The notes under the pieces: generated by a model
What the model was told of the DNA's origin: nothing
Databases searched by the model: none
Seen by the model: only the letters and a program-made list of their open reading frames with translations
Part shown: positions 1 through 7,945 of the stretch, one piece after another
How the letters are laid out: every line of letters begins with the position of its first letter
Numbering within the stretch: position 1 is the first letter of the stretch
From: Cereibacter sphaeroides 2.4.1
GTDB lineage: Bacteria > Pseudomonadota > Alphaproteobacteria > Rhodobacterales > Rhodobacteraceae
DNA length: 32,000 bases
Assembly: GCF_000012905.2 (NCBI RefSeq)
Contig: NC_007490.2
Location: 1 to 32,000 of the forward strand
Direction of reading: 5' to 3'
Position numbers and translations under genes: made by a program

Positions 1-35
1 ATGGCCGATCCGAGCGCTCAGAAGGCCGAAAACTA

Positions 36-77
36 CCGTGGCACGTCGTGCCACGCGCGTGGCACACTGTGCCACGG
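36..77. promoter_or_regulatory. Two adjacent 17-bp palindromes GTGGCAC-N3-GTGCCAC (candidate operator pair for a dimeric DNA-binding protein)
   Basis: Site 1 is 38-54 (gtggcac gtc gtgccac) and site 2 is 59-75 (gtggcac act gtgccac). Their centres are 21 bp apart, about two helical turns. The whole 36-77 segment is itself a palindrome around cgcg. Confidence 0.35.
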
Positions 78-477
78 CCCCGAAAAACAACGTAAATACA
101 GCGCGTTGGGAGCCGGGGGCAAATTACGCCCCCTTTTAAGACGAAAAGCCTTTATTTATAAAGGCTTGAAGGCAATGGGCAGCTTGCTGCGTCAGGTGTG
201 TCCTCTTCAGGCCGGAGAGGCAGCCGTAAGGCTGCCGAACCGAGGCCTCCTCGCTCTCGCCGTCGCAGGCGGATGCCTGCTCCTCGACCCCTGCCCCGTA
301 TCGGCCGAGGCTTGGAAAGCCTCGGCCGATACCACCTGGGCGAGCGGGTCCTCCTTCAGTCCGCCCGCGGATCGCCGCCAGCCTGGCCCCGGTTCATCCT
401 TCCTCGAGGCGCAGGCCAGCTCATCCTTCGCGCTTGTGCCGAGGGCCCCCCGCCAGAAGAAAAGCCGGGCCTTCGTC

Positions 478-1011
478 ATGCCGACCGACCGCGACGAGTT
501 CGTGCGGATCCGTGCGCTGGTTCATCACGCCGAAAGCGGCGCGGCCGGCTATGACGATTACCACCGAAGCGCACCCGTGCCCCCGCCCCGCGCACCCTCG
601 ACTATGACGCTCGACCAGATCCGGCAATGGATCGCCGCTACGCCGGGGCAGCAACATGCCATCGGCCGCTATCAGATCATCCCTTCCACCTTGGAGAGCC
701 TGGCCTCGCGCGCAACCCTCCCGGGCTCCACGCTTTTCAGCGCTCCGATTCAGGACAGCATGGCCAGCATCCTCATTCTCGACGCTGGCTATGCGGAGCT
801 GAAAAATGGCGCGATCACGCTCGACAGGTTCATGGACAACCTCGCCCGGATCTGGGCTGGCTTCCCCATGGCGAGCGGGAAGTCCGCCTATGAGGGCGTG
901 GCCGGCAACAGAGCCACGATCAGCCGCAAATTCTACGCAGCGCAGATGGCCGAAATTTTCCCCACAGAGGCCCGCAGAGACCTTCGGGCTACGGAGGTGG
1001 CGGCAAAATAG
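478..1011 (+). CDS. Lysozyme-like / lytic transglycosylase-like protein (lambda R, GH104-like)
   Basis: The ATG at 478 is in frame with the 1..1011 ORF; the residues upstream are Pro/Arg/Ala-rich and look non-coding. 'GRYQIIPSTL' and 'NLARIWAGFPMASGKSAYEG' resemble the lambda R motifs 'GAGRYQLL' and 'CSNIWASLPGAGYGQ'. Confidence 0.55.
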   Translation: MPTDRDEFVRIRALVHHAESGAAGYDDYHRSAPVPPPRAPSTMTLDQIRQWIAATPGQQHAIGRYQIIPSTLESLASRATLPGSTLFSAPIQDSMASILILDAGYAELKNGAITLDRFMDNLARIWAGFPMASGKSAYEGVAGNRATISRKFYAAQMAEIFPTEARRDLRATEVAAK

Positions 1012-1135
1012 CGTGAGGGCCTCAGACGGGGCTCTCCGTCAGCCTGCGAGTGGGTTACGCGCCGATCAATCGACCTTGCCGCCACGGCAGATCGAGATGA
1101 AGGCCACGGCGATGCGGTCAATCGGGCATAACCGG

Positions 1136-1900
1136 TAACCCGGCAGGCCGCCAACCCGGCAGACCCGGCAGCACGGGCAACCAGCCATCCGCAAGCCCGG
1201 CAACACCGGCAACCCGGCAGGCCGACCAACCCGGCAGACCCGGCAGCACGGGCAACCCGCCATCGGCAAGCCCGGCAACACCGGCAACCCGGCAACCCGG
1301 CAAGCCGTCCAAACCGGCAGACCCGGCAGCACGGGCAACCCGCCATCGGCAAGCCCGGCAACACCGGCAACCCGGCAGGCCGACCAACCCGGCAGACCCG
1401 GCAGCACGGGCAACCAGCCATCCGCAAGCCCGGCAACACCGGCAACCCGGCAGGCCGTCCAAACCGGCAGACCCGGCAGCACGGGCAATCCGCCATCGGC
1501 AAGCCCGGCAACACCGGCAACCCGGCAGGCCGTCCAAACCGGCAGACCCGGCAACACGGGCAACCAGCCATCGGCAAGCCCGGCAACACCGGCAACCCGG
1601 CAGGCCGTCCAAACCGGCAGACCCGGCAACACGGGCAACCAGCCATCGGCAAGCCCGGCAACACCGGCAACCCGGCAGGCCGTCCAAACCGGCAGACCCG
1701 GCAGCACGGGCAATCCGCCATCGGCAAGCCCGGCAACACCGGCAACCCGGCAGGCCGTCCAAACCGGCAGACCCGGCAACACGGGCAACCAGCCATCGGC
1801 AAGCCCGGCAACACCGGCAACCCGGCAGGCCGTCCAAACCGGCAGACCCGGCAACACGGGCAACCAGCCATCGGCAAGCCCGGCAACACCGGAATCCCGG
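1136..1900. repeat. Tandem array, 10 copies of a 75-bp unit (one 83-bp variant) built from CCGGCA(A/G) sub-motifs
   Basis: The landmark 'gggcaa' recurs at 1175, 1250, 1333, 1408, 1483, 1558, 1633, 1708, 1783 and 1858. Each unit holds about six CCGGCA-type heptads. No unique spacers. Confidence 0.95.
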
Positions 1901-2277
1901 GCATCCGTGTGCCCGCCGGTTGCGCGACGAAGGCAAGCGCTACGTCATGAAATGGAGAAACTTCCTTACCGGCATTTTTGAGCGCACATCGGGTCTTGGT
2001 CGGGGCACGCTTGCTCTGGGCGTCCCACGTTTGTCTCTAGGGCGCATCGGGTGAGCCGTGAGACACCGCAGGTGCCTCACGGCTTGCCCCTCGGCGAGAG
2101 CGGGGGGGGAGGGGTCAAGGGGCCGCGCGGAGCCGCCCGGAGCCACGCGCAGCAAAGCGAGCATGGCGAGGACGGCGAGCACGGCGGGCGCTTGCGCCCC
2201 TTGCCCTTGACCCCGATGGGGGCGGAGCCCCCCTGACGGCGCGCGTCTGCGCGCCATGCTCCTCACCACGGCGAAGC

Positions 2278-3027
2278 CACGCCGGCCGCCCGCAGATCTC
2301 GGCCGCGATCCCGAAGGGGTGACGGCGCGGCAGGTGCCGACGTGCCGGGAGGGCCGAAGGCCCCTAGGCTCGTCGGTGCCTGACGCGGCGGCGCGCCGGA
2401 GGGCAGGGCTCGAGCCCACGCTGGCCGCCCGCAGGTCTGCCCACGATCCCGGAGGGGTGACGGCGCGGCAGGTGCCGACGTGCCGGGAGGGCCGAAGGCC
2501 CCTAGGCTCGTCGGTGCCTGACGCGGCGGCGCGCCGGAGGGCAGGGCTCGCGCCACGCCGGCCGCCCGCAGGTCTGCCCGCGATCCCGGAGGGGTGACGG
2601 CGCGGCAGGTGCCGACGTGCCGGGAGGGCCGAAGGCCCCTAGGCTCGTCGGTGCCTGACGCAGCGGCGCGCCGGACGGCAGGGCTCGCGCCACGCCGGCC
2701 GCCCGCAGGTCTGCCCGCGATCCCGGAGGGGTGACGGCGCGGCAGGTGCCGACGTGCCGGGAGGGCCGAAGGCCCCTAGGCTCGTCGGTGCCTGACGCGG
2801 CGGCGCGCCGGAGGGCAGGGCTCGAGCCCACGCTGGCCGCCCGCAGGTCTGCCCACGATCCCGGAGGGGTGACGGCGCGGCAGGTGCCGACGTGCCGGGA
2901 GGGCCGAAGGCCCCTAGGCTCGTCGGTGCCTGACGCGGCGGCGCGCCGGAGGGCAGGGCTCGCGCCACGCCGGCCGCCCGCAGGTCTGCCCGCGATCCCG
3001 GAGGGGTGACGGCGCGGCAGGTGCCGA
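2278..3027. repeat. Tandem array, about 5.5 copies of a 137/138-bp unit, each containing a roughly 45-nt imperfect hairpin; higher-order period of about 412 bp
   Basis: 'ggggtgacggcgcgg' recurs with its t at 2320, 2458, 2595, 2732, 2870 and 3007. Two unit subtypes (ctcgagcccacgctgg vs ctcgcgccacgccgg) occur in the order A-B-A-A-B-A. The inner hairpin is CCGACG..GGGCC gaa GGCCC..CGTCGG. Confidence 0.95.
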
Positions 3028-3051
3028 CTAGAGAAAGAGACCATCCGCTTG

Positions 3052-3125
3052 TCAACACGGGCAAACCGGCAACACTGCCAACCCGGCATATCCGTCAACC
3101 CGGCGAGTCGGTTGACCCGGCAGAA
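3052..3125 (+). promoter_or_regulatory. parA upstream region carrying the same (A)CCCGGCA motifs as the 75-bp array, plus the inverted repeat GTCAACC-N9-GGTTGAC
   Basis: The sequence is 'gggcaaaccggcaacactgccaacccggcatatccgtcaacccggcgagtcggttgacccggcag', 40-110 bp upstream of the parA ATG. Confidence 0.4.
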
Positions 3126-3165
3126 AAGAATCCGACATAGTAGTGAAAACGACTGTGAGGGAACG

Positions 3166-3891
3166 ATGAAGGTTATAGCTGCTTACAGCCACAAAGGTGG
3201 AACGGGGAAAACGACGACGCTCATGATGCTGGCAAACGCGATTGAAGCGCGCGGACAGACCGCGCTTCTCGTTGATTGCGATCCGCAGCAGAACTTCGCG
3301 ATGTATCGGCGAAACTCTCAAGGCGAAGGGTTCGACTACTGGTCGGACAGAATGGACGTGATCTACCTCGACTTCGAGGGCACCACCGTTCGGCAGCTAG
3401 AAGAAGCACTCCTAGCCGCGGACGAGAGTGGGAAGTATGACTATGCGCTGCTGAACCTTGCAGGCGCCGATCACCCCTTCAACCGCCTGGCTCTGCGCTA
3501 TGCCGAACTGACGCTGGTTCCATTCAAGCCTGCGGCGACGGAGCTCGCTGAACTCACGCCAGCCTTGAACGTGCTGAAGGAGCTCGAGCAAGAAAGCGAG
3601 GTCGGACAGGTCCGCGTTCTTTTCACCATGATGCGCTCGAAGCTGTCGGCGGCCCAGGTGCTCTACAAGGAAGCGGCCGAGCAACAATATCCGGTGATGC
3701 AGACGCACATCAAAGAGACGGCGCTGTTTGCCGATCTGGTCATGCGCGGCCTGCTGGCGCGGACAATCGAAGGCGAGGAGCCCCATGCGCAGGGTCTCAG
3801 GAAGACGGAGATCGGACGCATGAAGGAAGCGCTGGCGGACTGCATGGGACTGCTGGAAGAGGTCAACGGCATCATCGGGAGCGAGCAATGA
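3166..3891 (+). CDS. parA: ParA-family partition ATPase (deviant Walker A)
   Basis: 'MKVIAAYSHKGGTGKTTT' carries the KGGxGKT motif, followed by 'LLVDCDPQ'. The ATG at 3166 is preceded by gagggaa. Length is 241 aa, i.e. a small ParA. Confidence 0.85.
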   Translation: MKVIAAYSHKGGTGKTTTLMMLANAIEARGQTALLVDCDPQQNFAMYRRNSQGEGFDYWSDRMDVIYLDFEGTTVRQLEEALLAADESGKYDYALLNLAGADHPFNRLALRYAELTLVPFKPAATELAELTPALNVLKELEQESEVGQVRVLFTMMRSKLSAAQVLYKEAAEQQYPVMQTHIKETALFADLVMRGLLARTIEGEEPHAQGLRKTEIGRMKEALADCMGLLEEVNGIIGSEQ

Positions 3892-4514
3892 AGAATAAGG
3901 GGTTCCTCGGGGGTGCACGCCGGCTCCCGGCCGCAGATCATAAGGGAGACGGTCGCCCCACTGCGCTCATCGGCACGATCTTCGCTGGAGAATCCGCCAG
4001 CCCCCAAGAGCCGCAGGAGGTTGCTCGGCAGAATGCCGACGTGCCGGCCGCACCTGACGTCAGCGCGGAGCGCTTCGGTCCGCGCGAAAGTCTATCGCCT
4101 CAGGCTCCGCGGCGCGGCCGCCCACCAAAGCAGGCCGAAGCAAAGTCAGACGAGAAGCGCTTCTACTTCAGTTTGTTGGTCGAGCGTGCCAGTGTCGATC
4201 GAGTGGAGACTCTGCTGGTCAACCATCCTGGGGTCAACCGCAGCCTCATCATGCGGCGTGCTGCAATGGACATGCGGGCGAAGCTGCTGGCGGATGGTAT
4301 GAAAAAGGTGCCTCGATACACGCCTAAGGATCCTGTGCGAGTGAGCCTCGAACTGCGGCTTCCGCTGGCGTTCGCCAACAAGATCAAGGATCGTGATGAT
4401 CCTCTTGACCTTGAGCCGATCACTACGGTGCTAGGTCGCCACGTTGCTCGCTACTACGCCCAGATGCTCGATAGCATCGGACAGCGTGACGAGACTGCCC
4501 CTCGCTCTGAATGA
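3888..4514 (+). CDS. Putative centromere-binding partition partner with a ribbon-helix-helix-like segment
   Basis: ATGA overlap with the parA stop, and GGGAG upstream. The N-terminus is basic and low-complexity. 'KRFYFSLLVERASVDRVETLLVNHPGVNRSLIMRRAAMDM' has a beta-strand/helix/helix RHH pattern. No ParB-box HTH is recognisable. Confidence 0.5.
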   Translation: MKNKGFLGGARRLPAADHKGDGRPTALIGTIFAGESASPQEPQEVARQNADVPAAPDVSAERFGPRESLSPQAPRRGRPPKQAEAKSDEKRFYFSLLVERASVDRVETLLVNHPGVNRSLIMRRAAMDMRAKLLADGMKKVPRYTPKDPVRVSLELRLPLAFANKIKDRDDPLDLEPITTVLGRHVARYYAQMLDSIGQRDETAPRSE

Positions 4515-4522
4515 CCGTCCAA

Positions 4523-4544
4523 GGCCGGGGCACAAGCCCCGGCC
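4523..4544. terminator. GC-rich hairpin between the convergent par operon and the 4578..4829(-) ORF
   Basis: ggccggggc acaa gccccggcc is a perfect 9-bp stem with a 4-nt loop, 9 bp after the 3888..4514 stop. There is no clear U-tract. Confidence 0.45.
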
Positions 4545-4577
4545 GAATAAGACGAGGCGACGGCTCTTTGCCCGGCA

Positions 4578-4829
4578 TCAATCGGTGCCTTCACTGATGG
4601 ACCGGGCTGATCCGTCCGCGGTTGGCGCTTCCCGCGGCCGCAATCCTTTCCGCATGATCCTCGCGCCCTGCTGGAGCGTCATTTCCTCGTCACGCCACGC
4701 ATTCAGTGCAGCCTCGAAAGCAGCCAGCGCCACACTGAAGTGGGCCGCACCTGCCACCTCCTCAATCATGGTGCCGGTCGTGGACCATCTGATAACGCGG
4801 TAGGGGTATTCAAACAGCTTCGGTCTCAT
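4578..4829 (-). CDS. Hypothetical protein (83 aa)
   Basis: GAGGGTG Shine-Dalgarno 5-6 nt before the ATG. Amino-acid composition is protein-like rather than an Arg/Pro/Ala artefact. Confidence 0.4.
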   Translation of the reverse strand: MRPKLFEYPYRVIRWSTTGTMIEEVAGAAHFSVALAAFEAALNAWRDEEMTLQQGARIMRKGLRPREAPTADGSARSISEGTD

Positions 4830-4983
4830 GCTTCACCCTCGGCATCCTTAGGCCGCCTCCCTATCGGAACACAATGGGAACATGCAACCGTCTCGGGGCG
4901 CTGTGGTTTCCACTCCGGCGCGCCGTTTTCGATTTTCGGTATCAAGCGGTAGCGTATGCGCAGCACCACCAGAGGAGAACGGA

Positions 4984-5181
4984 ATGGACGTGCGGACTGA
5001 AGATTATGAGGATCTGTGCCGCGCTTGGGCTGCGTTGGGCGACGCCCCGCAGGAACTGGCGGAGATCGTTGGGGAGCGCCGCGGTGCAGAAGAGGGCGTC
5101 CGCCTGGACGATCTTTTCGCCGCCGTAGCGCGGCTTTGCGATACGGCCGAGGAGCCGAGCCCGGAACTGACCCCGAGCTGA
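4984..5181 (+). CDS. Hypothetical acidic protein (65 aa)
   Basis: GAGGAGAA Shine-Dalgarno 3 nt before the ATG at 4984, the internal start of the 4882..5181 ORF. Confidence 0.35.
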   Translation: MDVRTEDYEDLCRAWAALGDAPQELAEIVGERRGAEEGVRLDDLFAAVARLCDTAEEPSPELTPS

Positions 5182-5226
5182 CGTTAGATGGAGGGGAGCC
5201 GATGCGGCTCCCACTCCTTCTTCATT

Positions 5227-5418
5227 TCAGAGGATCGGAACGGCGGTGATCGTGGCGATGCTCCACGGTATCAGCCCCCGAAAAAGGATTTCAATGCACT
5301 CGCCCTGATTGGTGAGGGCACGCAGGCCCACGATCTCCCGGTATTTTCCGTCCTCGTCTTCCCACTCGGCCCATACGTCATGCGTTTTGCGGCCGCTCTT
5401 CGTCAGTGGTGACACCAT
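5227..5418 (-). CDS. Hypothetical protein (63 aa) immediately downstream of repeat copy A on the minus strand
   Basis: AGGAGCG Shine-Dalgarno before the ATG at 5418. The Shine-Dalgarno region forms the edge of the ~520-bp repeat. Confidence 0.4.
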   Translation of the reverse strand: MVSPLTKSGRKTHDVWAEWEDEDGKYREIVGLRALTNQGECIEILFRGLIPWSIATITAVPIL

Positions 5419-5423
5419 TACGC

Positions 5424-5953
5424 GCTCCTATCGGTGTGCGGCGGTGGGGTCTTTGCCCTCATCCGCCAGTGGGGCGCGGCCTCTCCGATCTGACCTCTGG
5501 AAAGCACCGCGTGCTTTCCGGAGGACAGAGCGGGGAGGGCGAAGCCCTGCCTGCGGCCACGGGGCCGGATGAGACAGGGGCCGGTGACGGGGAAAATTGG
5601 GGGGCACCCGCGCGGGCTCGCCCGCGTGGGGGAGCCGATTTTCTCCGGCGCCGGTGACGCGCCCCAGGCGCGGCATCACAACCCCTGTTCAGCCGGAACC
5701 GGGGATGTCAGGCGGATCCAGCACCTGCAAAAAGTGTCGCGCCGCTCCCGCGGCGCGTCCGTGCCAACTCGATCCGCGCCTTCGCGGATCTCCATCGACC
5801 TCACCGCATCGAGGAGAGCTACAGCCCGATGGACGAGGCCCGCCCTCTCAGCTCGCCCGCGCGAGGATCGTCACCCGAATGGGCGGAGACAGGGCGTCCT
5901 ATCGGACCATGCACGGCTGCGACATGACCGGCTCAGAGAGACGGGCAGGGCGC
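5424..5953. repeat. Copy A of a ~520-bp hairpin-rich direct repeat (partner at 11411-11936)
   Basis: Near-identical by eye to 11411-11936, for example 'ggtggggtct(t/g)tgccctcatccgccagtggggcgcggcctctccgatctgacc...'. Weaker similarity continues to about 6010. Confidence 0.9.
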
Positions 5954-6474
5954 CCGCCGCGCAGGGACGAGAGGGCGTCCTGGCTCCGATCCCGGCCGCT
6001 TGCGGACGGGACTAGAGCCGTGCCCCGGCCACGCCGGGGTCGCGCCCAGATCGCCCTACCAACCCAGATCGCGTAAAATTCGCCTTCTTTGGCAAAGAAT
6101 GGGGTCAACGACTCGCTGGCGGGCTGTCGATCCACCAATTCCTGGGTCAGTGCAGTGACTTAGATTCACGCGCCTTTGGCGCCCTCTCCGCCACTCTTCC
6201 GGCAAATAACCACACGTTTGTCCACAGCTTCTTGACCAATACCACCACTGGAGGCGAAGAGCCCGTCGAGCACATTATCTTGGGGGCAGGCGGAACAATT
6301 CCCTTGCGGTCATAGGGTTCGAGGCCTCATTTTCGCCTACAGCCTGAAAGGGTTGCGGCCCGCTCTGCCCGTGCCGGGGCAGGCGAGCCGCTCGATCTCG
6401 ACGCGGGCCAAGATCAGGTCACGACATATGTCTGACACAGGCCCGCACCTTCGTAAACTGCTAGGAGGTGTGCC

Positions 6475-6633
6475 ATGAAGGCATCCAGAACGAGGCGGCC
6501 TCGGATCCGCTTGAACAATCCGATGACAGGCTGGGCGATAGATGCCGAGGGCCACGCGGCCATCTTTGGTGTGATTGTCATCATGATGGGGCCGCCGCTC
6601 CTCGCGATGGCGGTGAAGCTGCTCCACCCGTAA
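6475..6633 (+). CDS. Small (52 aa) basic N-terminus plus single-TM protein, too short for the ORF track
   Basis: AGGAGG lies 6 nt before the ATG at 6475. Translation: MKASRTRRPRIRLNNPMTGWAIDAEGHAAIFGVIVIMMGPPLLAMAVKLLHP. A perfect 14-bp hairpin follows 9 nt after the stop. Confidence 0.45.
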   Translation: MKASRTRRPRIRLNNPMTGWAIDAEGHAAIFGVIVIMMGPPLLAMAVKLLHP

Positions 6634-6641
6634 CAGCGCAA

Positions 6642-6672
6642 TCGCCAGCCCGGCGGGACGCCGGGCTGGCGA
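6642..6672 (+). terminator. Perfect 14-bp stem / 3-nt loop hairpin after the small ORF
   Basis: tcgccagcccggcg gga cgccgggctggcga. No U-tract follows, so intrinsic-terminator function is uncertain. Confidence 0.35.
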
Positions 6673-7209
6673 TAGCCGCCCTGCGACGATGCTCGGCCCT
6701 CGTGCTCGCTGTCAGTCAGTCGGTCCACGAAGCGGTTCTGCTCCATGGCGGGCCCACGGTCCTTTCGAAGTCGTTACGGCGGTCCGGACCGCCGGCGGCA
6801 CGCCTTTTTTGCAGCGCCGCGCAAAGCGCGGCCGGAATGTCTTGATCCGCGTCCTCGCGGATCTCGATTGTCGGCGTCCGTCTTATCCAGCCCGCCGTGG
6901 CCTTCGGCCGCGGCGGGCCCTGCAGGTGCGGAGCTGAACGCAGCATTCACGCGGCGCAGAGAAGCGGAGCACCTGTGGGTAAGACGGGCGCCGCGGCCGA
7001 GGGCTCTCGGCCGAGCGGCGGGCAGACGGGACTCCTCTGCCTGCCCCTTCGAGCGCGCGCATGGATAGCGCGTTGACGCGGGATGCGGCCGGAGACCTCG
7101 ACCGCTCGCGGTCGATACGGGTCCGGCCGGTGCGTCATCCGGCCAAATCAGAGCGGCGCGCCGGAGCGCGCGCGCTATATTGCAGACCGACCACAAGGGG
7201 ACAGGGCGA

Positions 7210-7881
7210 ATGTGCAACCTCTACAGCAACACGACCGCTCAAGAGGCGATGCGCAGCCTCTTCGACGTCTCCCTCGAGCTCGACCGCCTGGGGAATGCGC
7301 AACCGCTGCCGGCGATCTGGCCGAAATACGAGGCACCTGTCGTGCGGCTCGACACCGAAGGCCGCCGCGAAATGGTCATGATGCACTGGGGCTTCCTCAC
7401 GCCGAAGACCTCCGCAAAGACCGGCAAACCCTTGGCGCCGGACGCTTGGAACAACGCGCGCGACGACAAGCGCGGAAGCGGCCTCTGGCGCGCCAGCTTC
7501 CAGTCGCGGCGCTGCCTGATCCCCGGCTCGAGCTTCCGCGAGGCGAAGGGGCGCGCGCCGGCGACGGATTTCTGGTTCGCGCTGGCGGGCGAGGAGGAGA
7601 GGCCGCCTTTCGCTTTCGCGGGCCTCTGGCGCCAAGGGCAGCCGAGCGTCGATGGCGAGGCCGGCCAGTGGGTCACGCATACCATGATGACAACGGAGGC
7701 GAATGACCTGGTTCGCCCGGTGCACCCCACTCGAATGCCGGTGATCCTGGCGCCCGAGGATTACGAGACGTGGCTCACGGGCACGGCGGAGGAGGCGGCG
7801 GCTCTCCTGCGGCCCTATCCGGCTGAGCGAATGCGGATCGTGCGGGAGGGGATCGGCATGACCAGCGACCCAATGTCGTAG
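7210..7881 (+). CDS. SOS-response-associated peptidase (SRAP / YedK / HMCES family)
   Basis: With the ATG at 7210 the product starts 'MCNLYS', giving the family-defining Cys2. Also 'HWGFL', 'NARDDK', 'RRCLIPGSSFRE', 'FAFAGLW' and 'MPVIL'. Confidence 0.85.
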   Translation: MCNLYSNTTAQEAMRSLFDVSLELDRLGNAQPLPAIWPKYEAPVVRLDTEGRREMVMMHWGFLTPKTSAKTGKPLAPDAWNNARDDKRGSGLWRASFQSRRCLIPGSSFREAKGRAPATDFWFALAGEEERPPFAFAGLWRQGQPSVDGEAGQWVTHTMMTTEANDLVRPVHPTRMPVILAPEDYETWLTGTAEEAAALLRPYPAERMRIVREGIGMTSDPMS

Positions 7882-7903
7882 CGCAGAACGGCGCCAAGCC
7901 GAG

Positions 7904-7945
7904 TATATCCCCAAGGGAATATGCGGGATATGCGGGAGGGGATAT
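7904..7945 (+). promoter_or_regulatory. Candidate vapB operator: inverted repeat TATATCCCC/GGGGATAT flanking tandem ATATGCGGG x2
   Basis: tatatcccc is at 7904-7912. atatgcggg occurs at 7919-7927 and 7928-7936. ggggatat at 7938-7945 overlaps the vapB ATG. Confidence 0.3.

Noticed and set aside
38-75. Sigma-54 promoter (TGGCAC-N5-TTGC) at the TGGCAC motifs
   Set aside because: The downstream element is GTGCC, with its GC dinucleotide two positions off the -12 spacing and no TTGC. The motif is better explained as palindromic operator half-sites.
933-1936. Three long minus-strand ORFs (323, 265 and 272 aa) with periodic PGLPMAGCPCCRVCRF-type sequences
   Set aside because: They are translations of the 75-bp tandem array in all three frames. 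75 is divisible by 3, so every frame stays open. There is no start context, and identical periodic peptides in all frames indicate non-coding repeat DNA.
1136-3027. Possible CRISPR arrays
   Set aside because: The units are contiguous tandem repeats with no unique spacers. Unit lengths (75 and 137/138 bp) and internal sub-repeats do not fit a repeat-spacer architecture, and there are no cas genes.
1940-3098. Multiple overlapping ORFs on both strands (up to 198 aa) across the 137/138-bp array
   Set aside because: The peptides are Arg/Pro/Ala/Gly-rich and repeated, occur in several frames and on both strands, and coincide exactly with the tandem repeats. These are high-G+C and repeat artefacts.
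5431-5953. 5' fragment of a group II intron (repeat begins near GTGCG / GTGTGCG)
   Set aside because: There is no intron-encoded reverse transcriptase, and I could not find a domain V-like GAGCCGTAT...hairpin or the other conserved domains. The GTGCG match is too short to mean anything in 65% G+C DNA.
5569-6076. ORFs of 148 and 159 aa (and their counterparts at 11167..12054 and 11583..11930) inside the ~520-bp repeat
   Set aside because: Their composition is extremely Arg/Pro/Gly/Ser-rich, they overlap in multiple frames, and they have no Shine-Dalgarno. They are read-through of GC-rich hairpin DNA.
6680-7209. Several ORFs (76-147 aa, both strands) between the small membrane ORF and the SRAP gene
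   Set aside because: All are Arg/Pro/Ala-rich with no Shine-Dalgarno or motif. I cannot support any gene here, and the region may be decayed sequence.
7135-7914. 259-aa minus-strand ORF and 207-aa plus-strand ORF overlapping the SRAP gene
   Set aside because: The SRAP frame has family motifs and the obligatory Met-Cys start. The others are Arg-rich shadow ORFs.
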